Below are positions 40,846 to 51,689 of a DNA stretch of 64,000 bases, in pieces. The notes below the pieces were generated by a model. The model was not told the DNA's origin. It saw only the letters and a list, made by a program, of their open reading frames with translations, and made no database searches. The position numbers and the translations under genes are program-made. The first letter of the stretch is position 1; each line of letters starts with the position of its first letter. Source of the DNA: Candidatus Latescibacterota bacterium (GTDB lineage: Bacteria; Latescibacterota; UBA2968; GCA-2709665); contig CBDDDZ010000003.1 of assembly GCA_965226795.1 (NCBI GenBank), forward strand, positions 384,001-448,000, in the 5' to 3' direction.

Positions 40846-41016
40846 ATGGTTCTCAAAACAGCACTGAATCCGCGCAACCGCCTTGCTTTTATGGCGCTTT
40901 ATTATGCGATCCGTGGAAACGAGGAGCGATCTGAGCAACTGCGTCGTGTGGTACGCCGTCACGATCAGGCCCTGATGGGCCGCCCGCAGTTCCACGGGTT
41001 GCCGGTGGCCTTTTGA
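40846..41016 (+). CDS. Small hypothetical protein (56 aa)
   Basis: GAGG RBS, ATG, non-overlapping intergenic ORF downstream of the sigma54 motif. Confidence 0.5.
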   Translation: MVLKTALNPRNRLAFMALYYAIRGNEERSEQLRRVVRRHDQALMGRPQFHGLPVAF

Positions 41017-41118
41017 GCCGGGGGTCAGGCGCCGGTGGCACATCTTAAACGACAGGCCATGAATCATGGTCTGTCGTTTTTAATTTCTTCCCGAATCCCG
41101 GCCTCGTCTTTGCTGGCA

Positions 41119-42099
41119 CTACGTCAGGATTTTTCGGATGTTGAATTTCTCGAGGGGAAGTGTCTGCCGCGTGATCATATCCGCCAGGAGGCCGGTGCAC
41201 ACGAATTGAACGCCCAACACGGACAGCAGGATTCCCAGGAAAAGAAGCGGATGTCGGTTCTGAATGGTTCCCGTGCGAAACCAGAGCAGAGCAATAAAGC
41301 CGTTGACAGCAACGCCGAGTGCGCTCAACACGATTCCGATGGTTCCGAACAGGTGTAACGGACGCCCGATGTACCGTCCCAGGTACATAACGGTAAGCAG
41401 ATCGAGGAAACCCTTGAGCAGACGCGCCCATCCGTACTTGGACGCGCCGAAGCGACGGGGATGGTGCTGTACGACGATTTCGTCGATACGGTAGCCTTCC
41501 AGGTGGGCGAGAACGGGAATGTACCGATGGAGTTCTCCGTATATCTTGATGTCACGCACCACTTCGCTGCGGAAGGCTTTAAGACCGCAGTTGAAGTCAT
41601 GGATCGGAATGCCCGAAAGCCGGCCGGTGATCCAGTTGAACAACCTGGACGGGATGGTCTTTCTGAGGGGATCGAAGCGCTTCTTCTTCCACCCGGATAC
41701 CAGGTCGAGGCCGCTGTCGATTTTTTCGATCAGGCGGGGGATTTCCGCCGGATCGTCCTGAAGGTCGGCATCCATGGTGATGATCGTCCGGCCCACCGCC
41801 ATGTCGAATCCCGCGGCGTACGCCGCGGCTTTACCGAAGTTGCGGCGGAACTGAATGACCTTGACTTCGTCGTGGGCGTCGTGAAGTTTCTCCAGAACCC
41901 TCATGGAGCCATCGGTACTGCCATCGTCTATGAAAATGGTCTCGAAACGAAACCCGGAAACCGCCATTATCTCCCGGACCCGTTCCATCAGAGGACGAAG
42001 GCTGTCCGCTTCGTTCAGGAGCGGGATGACGATGGAGACATCAACCGTTCCGCCGGTTGGGGTATCGGGTTCGGCCGGAGGTTCGCTTTGGATATCCAT
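41119..42099 (-). CDS. GT2 glycosyltransferase (ArnC/Dpm1-like)
   Basis: IDDGSTD, RNFGKAAA, MDADLQDDP, ELHRYIP, two C-terminal TM helices. Confidence 0.93.
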   Translation of the reverse strand: MDIQSEPPAEPDTPTGGTVDVSIVIPLLNEADSLRPLMERVREIMAVSGFRFETIFIDDGSTDGSMRVLEKLHDAHDEVKVIQFRRNFGKAAAYAAGFDMAVGRTIITMDADLQDDPAEIPRLIEKIDSGLDLVSGWKKKRFDPLRKTIPSRLFNWITGRLSGIPIHDFNCGLKAFRSEVVRDIKIYGELHRYIPVLAHLEGYRIDEIVVQHHPRRFGASKYGWARLLKGFLDLLTVMYLGRYIGRPLHLFGTIGIVLSALGVAVNGFIALLWFRTGTIQNRHPLLFLGILLSVLGVQFVCTGLLADMITRQTLPLEKFNIRKILT

Positions 42100-42320
42100 A
42101 GTTTAAAACCGGCGATCAACGATCTTAAATTGGCCCCTCCCGTTAACCCCCGGGCGAGAGCCTGCAGAATAGGGGAAGAGAGGCCGCGTCTGCCTCTCGC
42201 GTGTAACCTTTCCCGTCTTGCGGCTCCTCAAGATAGCAAAGAAGGACCCGGTTTTCAAGTCCTGTGTCGCCGCTTTGCGGGTTACGGCACGCCTGGAGGT
42301 TCCATTGGAATGCAGGAACG

Positions 42321-44705
42321 TCAGCCAGCCCCCTGTTTCAGGTCGACGAAAAAGCGCTTCTGATCCCGGTTGCCAATCTCGTCCACAACATCCAGCGTGT
42401 GCCATCCCCTCCTGAGTTCCGCGGCTTTGACATGCCGGCCACGGCTGCTTCCCAGGTACCGGTCGTCCAGGTACCAATACAGGATGCGATTTCTCTCCCT
42501 GTGAGCCACCCGCATCGCAATCTTCTGCCACTCGCCATCGAAGTCCCTGGGCAGCCACAGCCTGGCGTTCTGTTGCGGGTAGGTGATCTTCAGCGGATGG
42601 GGCTCGGTCCCGGCCGGACAATCGGGTTTGTGCGGCGGAACCACGCCCGGAACATGGCTTCGTTCCCTCAAGTATTGCGCGACGTCTGCCGGAAAGACAA
42701 GCCGGCGGACCGGACGGTGGTCCTTCGGCTCCCAGCACAGCGAACACACCCCATGACCCCCGTCCAGCGTCACCTGAAAGGTCCGGTGATAGGGACAGAT
42801 CCGGAGGGGTTTCATATGTAAAGGCGCTTCAACGGAAACCGGGCGTTCGCAGTGCGGACCCGCGCGGAATCCCGTATCCGCGCAGAGGCGAAGCGGACTC
42901 AGATCGGCAACGGGCGCTTCGATCCAGGCGTGTTCGCGTTCCTTCGGCAGCATGTTGAATAGGTCGAACAGGAGGGGCGCGGCCGCGCTTGCGCCCGTGA
43001 GGTCCGCGTTGCCGCGACCGCCGAAATTGCCTATCCAGACGGCCACCGTCCACTCCGGGCTGACGCCCACCGCCCAGGCGTCCCGCTTCCCGTAACTGGT
43101 TCCCGTCTTCCAGGCGATCGGCCACTGGTTCTGGTACTGCTGCCAGTAGTACTCCACGCCCGGCCGCTTGAGATCACGAAGCACATTGAGTGTCAGATAA
43201 CAGGCGCCGGGACTGATGAGCGCCGGACCCTCTGCGTGGGGAGTTCCCGCCAGAACCTTGAGTGGACCGAACCGGCCTCCGTTGGCCAGCGCGCGGTAAC
43301 ATAGCGCCATATCCCACAGGCTGACCTCGACGCCGCCGAGAATCATCGGTAGACCGTAATCGCCGGAGGAGCGAAAAAGCGTCGTCAACCCGGCGGACTT
43401 AAGAAATCTGTAAAACGGATCCATCCCGTACGCATCCAACAGCCGGACCGCGGGCACATTGAGGGATCGAACCAGCGCCTCCCTGGCCGACACCAAACCG
43501 CCAAAGGTCCCATCCGCGTTTCCCGGTGCGTACGCGCCGTAGTGAGTGGGCAGATCTCTGATCCGCGTCTGGGGCAGCATAAGGCCTTCGTCGATGCCCA
43601 GGGCGAATAGGAACGGTTTGAGCAGAGAACCGGACGACCTTGGGGCAGCAACGCCGTCCACCTGCCCCTGGTTCCCCGTGTCGAGGAATCCCTGCGATCC
43701 GACGTACGCGCGCACCTTACCCGTACGGGTCTCGGCAACCAGGGCTGCGCCGTTGCGAACCCCCAGGCGCTTCATAAAGCTGGCATGTCGATAGACGAAT
43801 TCCTCGCATTGTCTCTGAGTGTCCAGTTGAAGGGTCGTTCGTACATACGTACTCCGGTGCTGGAACTGGAGCCGTCGCGTCAGGTGCAGTGCGTCCATTG
43901 GCAACGGCCCGGCGCCGTCCGGCACCTTCTCCATCCTCGCCAGTCCAAAGGTCTCGGCGTCTATCGCCCCTTGGTTCAACAGCCGGCTCAGCAGCCGGTC
44001 GCGCCTGAGCCGCAGTTTTTCCGGGTTGGCAAGAGGCGATATCAGCCCGGGAGCGTTCGGAAGAACCGCCAGCATGGCGGCCTCTCCCCAGGTCAACCGT
44101 TCGGGCGACTTGCCGAAATACCGCTGCCCAGCCGCGCGGTAGCCCACTATATTGCCGCCATAGGGTGCGTGGTCCAGATATAGGTTCAGGATCTGTTTTT
44201 TGCCATAACGCAGTTCAATCTTCAATGCCTGGAGTATCTCCAGGGCCTTGTTGATATAGGTCCTTCTCTTTGGCGACGTCATCCGGGCAACCTGCATCGT
44301 CAGCGTGCTCGCGCCGCTGACGACCTCCCCTGCACGGATATTCTGATGGACTGCCCGGAGCAGCGCCAATAGATCCACGCCGGGATGCCTGTAAAAATGA
44401 CGGTCCTCGAAACAGAGAACCGCCTGTTCCAGCGCGAGCGGAACATCGGCGTTCGCCCGGTGGGGGAAACACCACTGCTCATCCCCATTCAGGAATATCC
44501 GCAGGATCCGTCCGTGTTCGTCCAGCACAACCGTGCTGTAGTCAGGATCAAAAAGCGGATCAGGCAGTGGAATCGAAACGTAGAGCGCGCCGGTAAAAAG
44601 CAGAAACGCGATTAGAATCCTTGCCCTTGCCCGCCCCAGGAATGCGAAACGGGCCTTCAGACGTCTTTTTCCGCGCGCTGCCTGGTGCCGCCGTGGCGAA
44701 ACCAT
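42321..44705 (-). CDS. pbpC: Penicillin-binding protein 1C
   Basis: EDRHF..HPGVD, GASTLTMQ, SLLK (SxxK), SLN, KTG; downstream of the alpha-2-macroglobulin gene. Confidence 0.95.
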   Translation of the reverse strand: MVSPRRHQAARGKRRLKARFAFLGRARARILIAFLLFTGALYVSIPLPDPLFDPDYSTVVLDEHGRILRIFLNGDEQWCFPHRANADVPLALEQAVLCFEDRHFYRHPGVDLLALLRAVHQNIRAGEVVSGASTLTMQVARMTSPKRRTYINKALEILQALKIELRYGKKQILNLYLDHAPYGGNIVGYRAAGQRYFGKSPERLTWGEAAMLAVLPNAPGLISPLANPEKLRLRRDRLLSRLLNQGAIDAETFGLARMEKVPDGAGPLPMDALHLTRRLQFQHRSTYVRTTLQLDTQRQCEEFVYRHASFMKRLGVRNGAALVAETRTGKVRAYVGSQGFLDTGNQGQVDGVAAPRSSGSLLKPFLFALGIDEGLMLPQTRIRDLPTHYGAYAPGNADGTFGGLVSAREALVRSLNVPAVRLLDAYGMDPFYRFLKSAGLTTLFRSSGDYGLPMILGGVEVSLWDMALCYRALANGGRFGPLKVLAGTPHAEGPALISPGACYLTLNVLRDLKRPGVEYYWQQYQNQWPIAWKTGTSYGKRDAWAVGVSPEWTVAVWIGNFGGRGNADLTGASAAAPLLFDLFNMLPKEREHAWIEAPVADLSPLRLCADTGFRAGPHCERPVSVEAPLHMKPLRICPYHRTFQVTLDGGHGVCSLCWEPKDHRPVRRLVFPADVAQYLRERSHVPGVVPPHKPDCPAGTEPHPLKITYPQQNARLWLPRDFDGEWQKIAMRVAHRERNRILYWYLDDRYLGSSRGRHVKAAELRRGWHTLDVVDEIGNRDQKRFFVDLKQGAG

Positions 44706-44819
44706 AGTCTCAGTCCCTGCAAACCAACACCGTTTTCCGAATGGTCCCGAACTTCCTGCCCGCGGGTCGCATTCTGAATCTCAGGCCGCCGGCCGCGTTT
44801 TCGAGAACCCGGTGCCGCT

Positions 44820-47800
44820 CTATCTCTGTGTGACCACAACCCGTTTTCCGGCTGCCGTCGCCCGATAAGCTCGGTTGTACATCGCTTCCGCAACCGTTGC
44901 GGGCAGCATGAATGACCCGGCAGTAACCGCGTTCAAACGGACCACGAAATCCAGCTCCCTGTGTTTTTCAAAGTCGAAAAACCACATCACCCGGTCGTCT
45001 CGTACGTCCATATACTCCTCGCGGTTCAGATTCAGGCGACTCATCCACTTCGGCGCCGTCCGATCGGACAGACGCGGGTTGTCGATTTCCCAACCGGCGG
45101 GCAGAAGCTGAACCAGTGCAACCTCTTCGATGTTGCGCGCGACGGTCAGATTGCGCACGCGAAAATGACCCCAGAAGACCTCACCCGGGGAAAGTTCCGA
45201 GGGATCGACCGGCATACCTTCGTCGTTCAGCCAGGCCACCTCCAACCCCAGTTTGCCGGACGTATCTCCCACATCGTCGGTAAGTGGAACTCCGTCCCAG
45301 TCCAGGGCCGTGAACGCCCTCTTGACGGTAGACGTTGAATCCAGGTATACCGCTATTTCATCGCCAAAACCCTCTTCGATTTCAAAGTGGTAGGCAGACC
45401 GATCCGTCTCGAACCGCACCTCCCGTCCACCAGGAAGGCGGATCGTGCCTGCAAGCACGGAAGGGCCGTCCTCCTCTTTGTTGAGAGACCGGACATATTT
45501 TCCCAGGGACAGAAGCATAAACCCGGTGGTCTGTGTGCTGTGCCAATTCTGAGACGCAAGCGCCACGCCCAACTCCTTGGCGATCTCGTCGGCCTCCGAC
45601 CAGCGTTCGAACAGTACGAGCGTATTCAGAATGATCGACAGATCCCGCAGGCCGAGCCGTAGGTGCCACCCGATTCGTTGTAATTCTTCACCCGCACGCC
45701 GGCGGGAATGAGGATCTGCGCGGCGGTCCACTCCACGCCTGCAAGATGATAGGCCGCGGCCAGCATCCACTTCTGGGTGTCGTTCATGTCGTTGATGCCG
45801 GTTTCCTTCAGTAAGTTCATCGGACCGATCTGGTATTCGCCGGCAAGCGCCAGGAGATAGACCCGATAAACCCGCTTCATCAGGTTGTCTTTCGTGGTAA
45901 GCGCACGCGATTTTTCGTAACGCAGCCAGTTTGCCATCAGGTCCTGGGGAACGTGGTATCCCAGTTTGCCGGCTTCAATTAAAAAATGTCCTGTGTACAG
46001 GGACCCCCAGGCAGAGACCGACGATCCGCCGGGCCAGTACGTGAACCCGCCGGAGACAAGCTTGAATTTTCTCAACTTGCGGATCGCCGAATTGATGTAC
46101 TTGTCGATGTCGACCGTTGCGTCTCCGGCATACTTCACGCCTTCCAGGAGAGTCCCCAGATAAAGCAGTGGAAACGCGGCCGAAACCGTCTGCTCAATAC
46201 AGCCGTACGGGTAGCGAACCAGCCCAAGCAGCCGATGGGTCATCCCCAGGTCGGGTCGGCGGCGCACGACCGCGCGGGCGCGATTGGTCCCGGGCAGTCC
46301 TCTGTCCGGGACCTTGAATCGGACCCTTTGGCCGGGACGGATGTCCTGTTCCTCTGCCGCGTAGATCCTGGGTGACGATGGACGCACAGTCAGACCCAAG
46401 CACGCGCGGCAGCGTGGGCATCACCATCAGATCGGTCTTCACCGGAACGGATGCCTCTGCCTGGCCGTATCGCGCTCCGCTGGCGGAAACGGCCATCACC
46501 CTCACTGATCCCACGTAGTCAGGCATATCGAAATCTACGGTAGCCCTCCCCTGCGAATCGGTTTCGATGGGACCCCTGAACAATGATACCGCCTTGAATC
46601 GCTTCCTGTTTTCCGGGTCCAGCTGAGAAGCCCTGTAGGCGTCCGCATAGCCGCCTCCCACGACGTATGTCTTGAACACATCCCCCTTATTGGCGCCGAT
46701 GACATGGGAATAAACGTCGTGCGTAACCACACCCAGACGACGTTTCCTGTAAAACGACTGCCAGGCATCCGGCGTGGAAAACCCCGTGATCGCCAGCAAC
46801 CCCTCGTCTACCACCGCAAGCGTGAACTGGGCTGGATGCCCGTCGACCGTCTCCACCTCAATCTGGAAACGGGTCTCGGGCCTGAGTTCTTCCGGCATGC
46901 GAATGGCGACGTCCTGCCGCGTACGGGGGTCGTTTACATTGAGCGGCACGACGCCGTACATGCGAATCGGCCGATCGTTCAATGTCTGACTGTAAGGCTG
47001 GAGAACGGAGACACCAACGTATGCCGTGGGCGCCATTTCCGGTGTGATGGCCACCGGAACCTGGAACTCGTCGGGGTGACCGTCCGGTTCGTACCATTGG
47101 GATTGCAGAATGCGACTGTCCTGTTCCACCGAGACCAGAATCGCGCCCTGTTGCGGGGCCGGAAACGTCACCAGCGCGAGGTCGCCGGGGGCGTAGGTCT
47201 TACTGTCCGTCTTTCGCGCCAGCGTGCCAGCGGATTTGGGATCGGCCTGCGCTTCGCCCCATGGATAGGCGCGCACGAAGAATGCAGCGGTATGGCCGCT
47301 CCCATCGCGCGCTTCTATCAGATACTCACCCGGGTGCTGAGGCGTAAACACCAGTGGTACGGGCACGGATTGCGAGAATAACGAACCGCTCTCAATCTGT
47401 TCCGTGTACTGATCCGTTTTGAACCGCAGTCGAAACTGATCGCGGGATTCGTATTCCCACCACCAATGCGCCGTGTTTTTGTAGATGCGATATTCAAGCG
47501 GCAGGCCCGGCGCCGCCTTTCCCTGAGCCGTTACCAGTACAACCGGAATCTCCAGGGCGGAACCCAGCCGGGCATATCCAAAGTCCAACCGCGGCTTTCG
47601 TACTCCCACGTAGCGGTCGTACGGATCGACGGAGAGCGTTTCGCGGCTGCGGTTGGGGCGTCGGCCTCTCTCCAGGACCGTGGCGTCGATTCGGGCGCGT
47701 CGAGCTTGCCCTTGAAGATGCTGGTGCGCAGCGGCGCATACGTCACGGCGTCGTTGGCGAAGCTGAAATCCGGGTACTCCGGAAACTGCCGGGGGATATG

Positions 47801-50037
47801 ACTGAATTCCACCGCGACCTCGGCATCCAACCCGGCGGCCGGATTACCGAACAGATAGGTACTCTCGAGCCCCAGTCGGAGTTCAACGTACGTACGTGTC
47901 AGATTCTTCTTTTCGGGCTCGATCCGCACTTTCAACCGATCGGGCGCCACCGTCTCGACTTTCACCGTATGAGAGAACGTCCGGCTTCCGACCTCGAGTT
48001 GCGCCCGCCAGTTTCCCGTAGGATCGTCGGGCTCGGTCTTGAAGCTGAAGACATAGAAACCATCCTTTCCCGTGCGGGCGGTCCGCTCGAGCACAAGCTG
48101 GTTCCTGGGGTTGTAGAGCTTCAGCGTAACCGGGTGGTTCTCGGGAAACGTCTGCTCCGAATTGCGTGCGATCAGCGAAAGATGGATCTGGTCGCCGGGT
48201 CGATACACACCCCGTTCGGTATAGATAAACGCCCGGACGCCGTCGGAAGGCGCCGAGGCGCCCCCGGTATCGAAACCGGAAAGGTTCCACGCCATTTCGT
48301 TGCATTTAATGATGCTTTTCCGGCCGTCTTTTTCCCCTTCAACATAGAATATATCTCGCTCCCCACCCGGGAACGTCGCCATGCCGTGCCTGTCCGTCAC
48401 GCCGCGGCCGGCAACCTGGTTCTGATAGGTACGCAGGGTGACCGCCACGCCGGCCATCGGCGCCGCGCTGACAATATTTCGTGTGTAAACGAGGTGCTGT
48501 CGGTGCGCTTTCTTGTACGTCAGTCCGATATCGCTTACGATCACAGGCTTGAATGCCCTTCCATACGTGTTGACGTATCCCGGCGAAAAGGGATGGCTGC
48601 CATAATCCGACGATTGCCGGTTCCGCCTCCATTGCTTTCGTGCTTCTTCGGCCTCGCCCGGCGCGCCGTACAACATATCACGGTGTTTAAAGCTGAGACC
48701 GATCAGCAACGGCCCTTTTTCTGAAGGATCGAGCAGTGTGTTCAGATCAAGTTCGTGCTGCAGCCACCGGTTGCGAACCTGACCGATCTCCAGGACCGTA
48801 TCCACCAGTCCCACGCCCACGCGGTTGACCTGCCAGGAGTGGAAATCCCGCCGGCGGTCGCCGGCGCTCTTCAAACTCTGACTCTGCAGGAACTGGCCCA
48901 GGTTCGAGTCGAAGACCTGTTTGATCCGGAGCCTCACCCGGCTCACGTTCACCGTCCGGAACCGCACACGCTGGCGGTTGACCGTTGGCACAATCATCCC
49001 GTCTTCGGAGAAACGAATCTGGGGCTTCAGGTCGAGTATCTGGACCGTTTCCATCTGTTCGGACGCAGTCGCCATTCCCCATCGGCTGCGAATGCCCGGA
49101 TGGGCGGTGAGGGTATAGTGCCGGCCGCGCTGAAACTCGCCGGTCACGTTGATTTTACTGCCCACCACTCTGATCCGGATATCCATCGGCGGGTCCACGG
49201 CAATCAGCCCCCGGATGTCCTGGTGGGGGTCCAGGTCGTCCGATAACTCGACCGTAAGTCCGGGCTGCCGCCCTTCCCCATGACCTTTGACTTTGACAAT
49301 TGTTAATTCCGCTATCGGAGCCAGAACCCCGGTCTGCCTGTAGTCCCGTGATATCGCCAGCGCCTCCTTATCGAGTGTGAAAAGCAGAGCCATTCTTTTT
49401 CTCCCTCGCTAGATCGGACCGGAGACGAACGAAAAGATCTTCCCCTCCGAGTCGGCTTTCCAGGCAGCCGACAGCGGCTCCCGTTCCATGAGCAGTCGGG
49501 CTGCCTGTCGCACCTGTTCGAGTGGGGTCTTCTCGCTGAACACGACGCGCCCCTTGTAGGCCACCCGACGCGGATCGTCTTTCTCGATCAACTCAAAGTC
49601 GGCTTCAACCGAGACAAGCTCCCGGCCGGCGACCCCAAAGGCAAACTCCAGGGGTTGCAGTTTCCTGCGCTGGGGGAACAGGGCGGCGAGATCCAGGATG
49701 CCCCGGTATTGCTGCCGGAACGGGAGCGGCGCGTCGGGTTGAAAGAGCAGGGTGCGCGGGTCCGCCCAACGGGCGGTACCTTAACTATGCGCGGCACAAA
49801 CGTGAACACGTCCCTATCCAGGGTCTGGCCGACCCGGTTTCCGGAGGCGACGGGCGACACGAATCGTACACGAATGTCGTCTCCCGCGCGGATAAAATCC
49901 GAGGTCACGTGGCTGACAAGCCTGGCCGTCTCCCGCGGATAGGAAATCGGCCCCGTCTCGTCCCGTTTCGAAGCACATCCGGTCATCAACATACCGATAA
50001 GGAACAGCATGCCGCGTGCAATCCGATTGGGCGTCAT
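44820..50037 (-). pseudogene. Bacterial alpha-2-macroglobulin, fragmented into at least six pieces
   Basis: Lipobox MTGC, TERGVYRPGD, AVVDEG, LPRVL, thioester YPYGCIEQ, DVRDDRV, AEAMY are spread over ORFs in different frames. Confidence 0.9.
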
Positions 50038-50225
50038 CCGCAACTCCCCCATGGTATATCGTGAAAACACCGTCATACAGGGCAAGCACCAGGCCATAGG
50101 AACCCCTGTCAATGGCGGCCCTTCTCCCGATACCGACCCGGAAAACCGCTTGACATCAACGCTTCCATCTTTACCTTAATCGCCGGAAACGCGGCAACGT
50201 GTCACAAAAACTCAGGAGATTTCCG

Positions 50226-51287
50226 ATGCAATTCGGCCAATTCTATCTGCTGGAAACCCCGCCCGGCAAAGACCACGCGCAAATCTACCACGAAGCATTC
50301 GAACAGTTCAAGCTCATGGATGAAACGGGATGGGACGCCATCTGGCTGGCGGAACACCACTTCGACCATAAGGCGCCGGGGGCCAACTACTATTCGATCA
50401 CCCCGTCCATCCATACCATGGCCGCATACGCGTCGGCCATTACCGAACGCATAAAAATCGGCACCGCGGTCATCGTGCTGCCCTTCCACAACCCGGTCAT
50501 TGTCGCGGAAGACTTCGCCACCGTGGATATCATGTCCAGAGGGCGGCTTCTCTTCGGCGTGGGGCGCGGCTACCAGCTCGAGGAATTTCACAACTGGGGA
50601 ATCGATCTGGAGGAAAGCCGTGAACGATTTCAGGAAGAACTGGAAATTATCCTGAAAGCCTGGACGGGCCCGGTCGAATACGACGGCAAGTTCCACAAAG
50701 TCCGGAAAGTCAACGTTATCCCGAAGCCCGTACAACAACCGCACCCACCGGTCTACGTCGCGGCGGTAAGCCCCTCCACGTACGAATGGGTCATCAAGAA
50801 AGGCTACAACGTCCTGACCTCGTTCCTGCATCCCTACGACCAGGTGTTCGAACTCTACGACGCGTACCACAAGACGGCGGACGAGTGCGGGTTGTCAGGC
50901 AAGCTGGACTTCCCCCTGGCGAGGTTCCTTTACGTTGCCGAAAACACGCAGAAAGCCCGCGAGGAATGCCACGACCAGCTTATGTGGTACTTCCGCACCC
51001 TGCTTGCGGAGGTTATCGCGCCCCCGCCGGAAATCGCGCCTCCCGGACAGATGGAATTCTATCAGGGACTCAAACAGAAATTCTCAAACATCACCTTCGA
51101 CGAAATCCTGGCCGAACACGCCATCGTAGGCGACCCCGACTTTGTCGCCGACAAAATCGGCTGGATCCGGAAACACACGGGGTTGCAGAACTTTATGGGG
51201 TGGACGCGCATCGGAGACCTGCACCCCGATCTGGTCTGCAAATCCCTTCGGATGTTTTCCGAACACGTCGTGCCTGCATTCGATTAA
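50226..51287 (+). CDS. LLM-class flavin-dependent oxidoreductase
   Basis: WLAEHHF, IKIGTAVIVLP.HNP, GVGRGY, PKPVQQPHPP. Confidence 0.92.
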   Translation: MQFGQFYLLETPPGKDHAQIYHEAFEQFKLMDETGWDAIWLAEHHFDHKAPGANYYSITPSIHTMAAYASAITERIKIGTAVIVLPFHNPVIVAEDFATVDIMSRGRLLFGVGRGYQLEEFHNWGIDLEESRERFQEELEIILKAWTGPVEYDGKFHKVRKVNVIPKPVQQPHPPVYVAAVSPSTYEWVIKKGYNVLTSFLHPYDQVFELYDAYHKTADECGLSGKLDFPLARFLYVAENTQKAREECHDQLMWYFRTLLAEVIAPPPEIAPPGQMEFYQGLKQKFSNITFDEILAEHAIVGDPDFVADKIGWIRKHTGLQNFMGWTRIGDLHPDLVCKSLRMFSEHVVPAFD

Positions 51288-51330
51288 ACGCACCGATGAC
51301 CACCGCGGATCACCGGGGCCTTACCCTTCC

Positions 51331-51666
51331 TTATTCCCGCCACGCCGGCTGCGTAACGTGCAGCAGCAACGCGCCCTCGGGGACCGTAATCACAGTCGAC
51401 GTTCCCATTTCGATATAGCCCAGATCCCCAACTTCGAAACGCACCGGCTCCTGGCCCGGGGCGTGGACTTCCAGCGCGCCTTTCAGCATAAAAAAGACCT
51501 CGTTGTAGTCGAAGGTCCATTCCAGCCGGCTGGGTGCAAGATATTCCGTAAATCCTGCCGCGAGGCAGTCATCCTTCCCCAGAATGGGATCGGATACCTG
51601 TACCCTTGCGCCGGGTGTGTCGTACAGCTTCATATCCCGTTGATCCGGTTTGACAATCTGTACCAT
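51331..51666 (-). CDS. EutQ-like cupin
   Basis: LAAGF...WTFDYNEVFFMLKGALEV...GD..YI..G. Confidence 0.75.
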   Translation of the reverse strand: MVQIVKPDQRDMKLYDTPGARVQVSDPILGKDDCLAAGFTEYLAPSRLEWTFDYNEVFFMLKGALEVHAPGQEPVRFEVGDLGYIEMGTSTVITVPEGALLLHVTQPAWRE

Positions 51667-51689
51667 TGCGACTCTCCTTTCGGCGTGGC

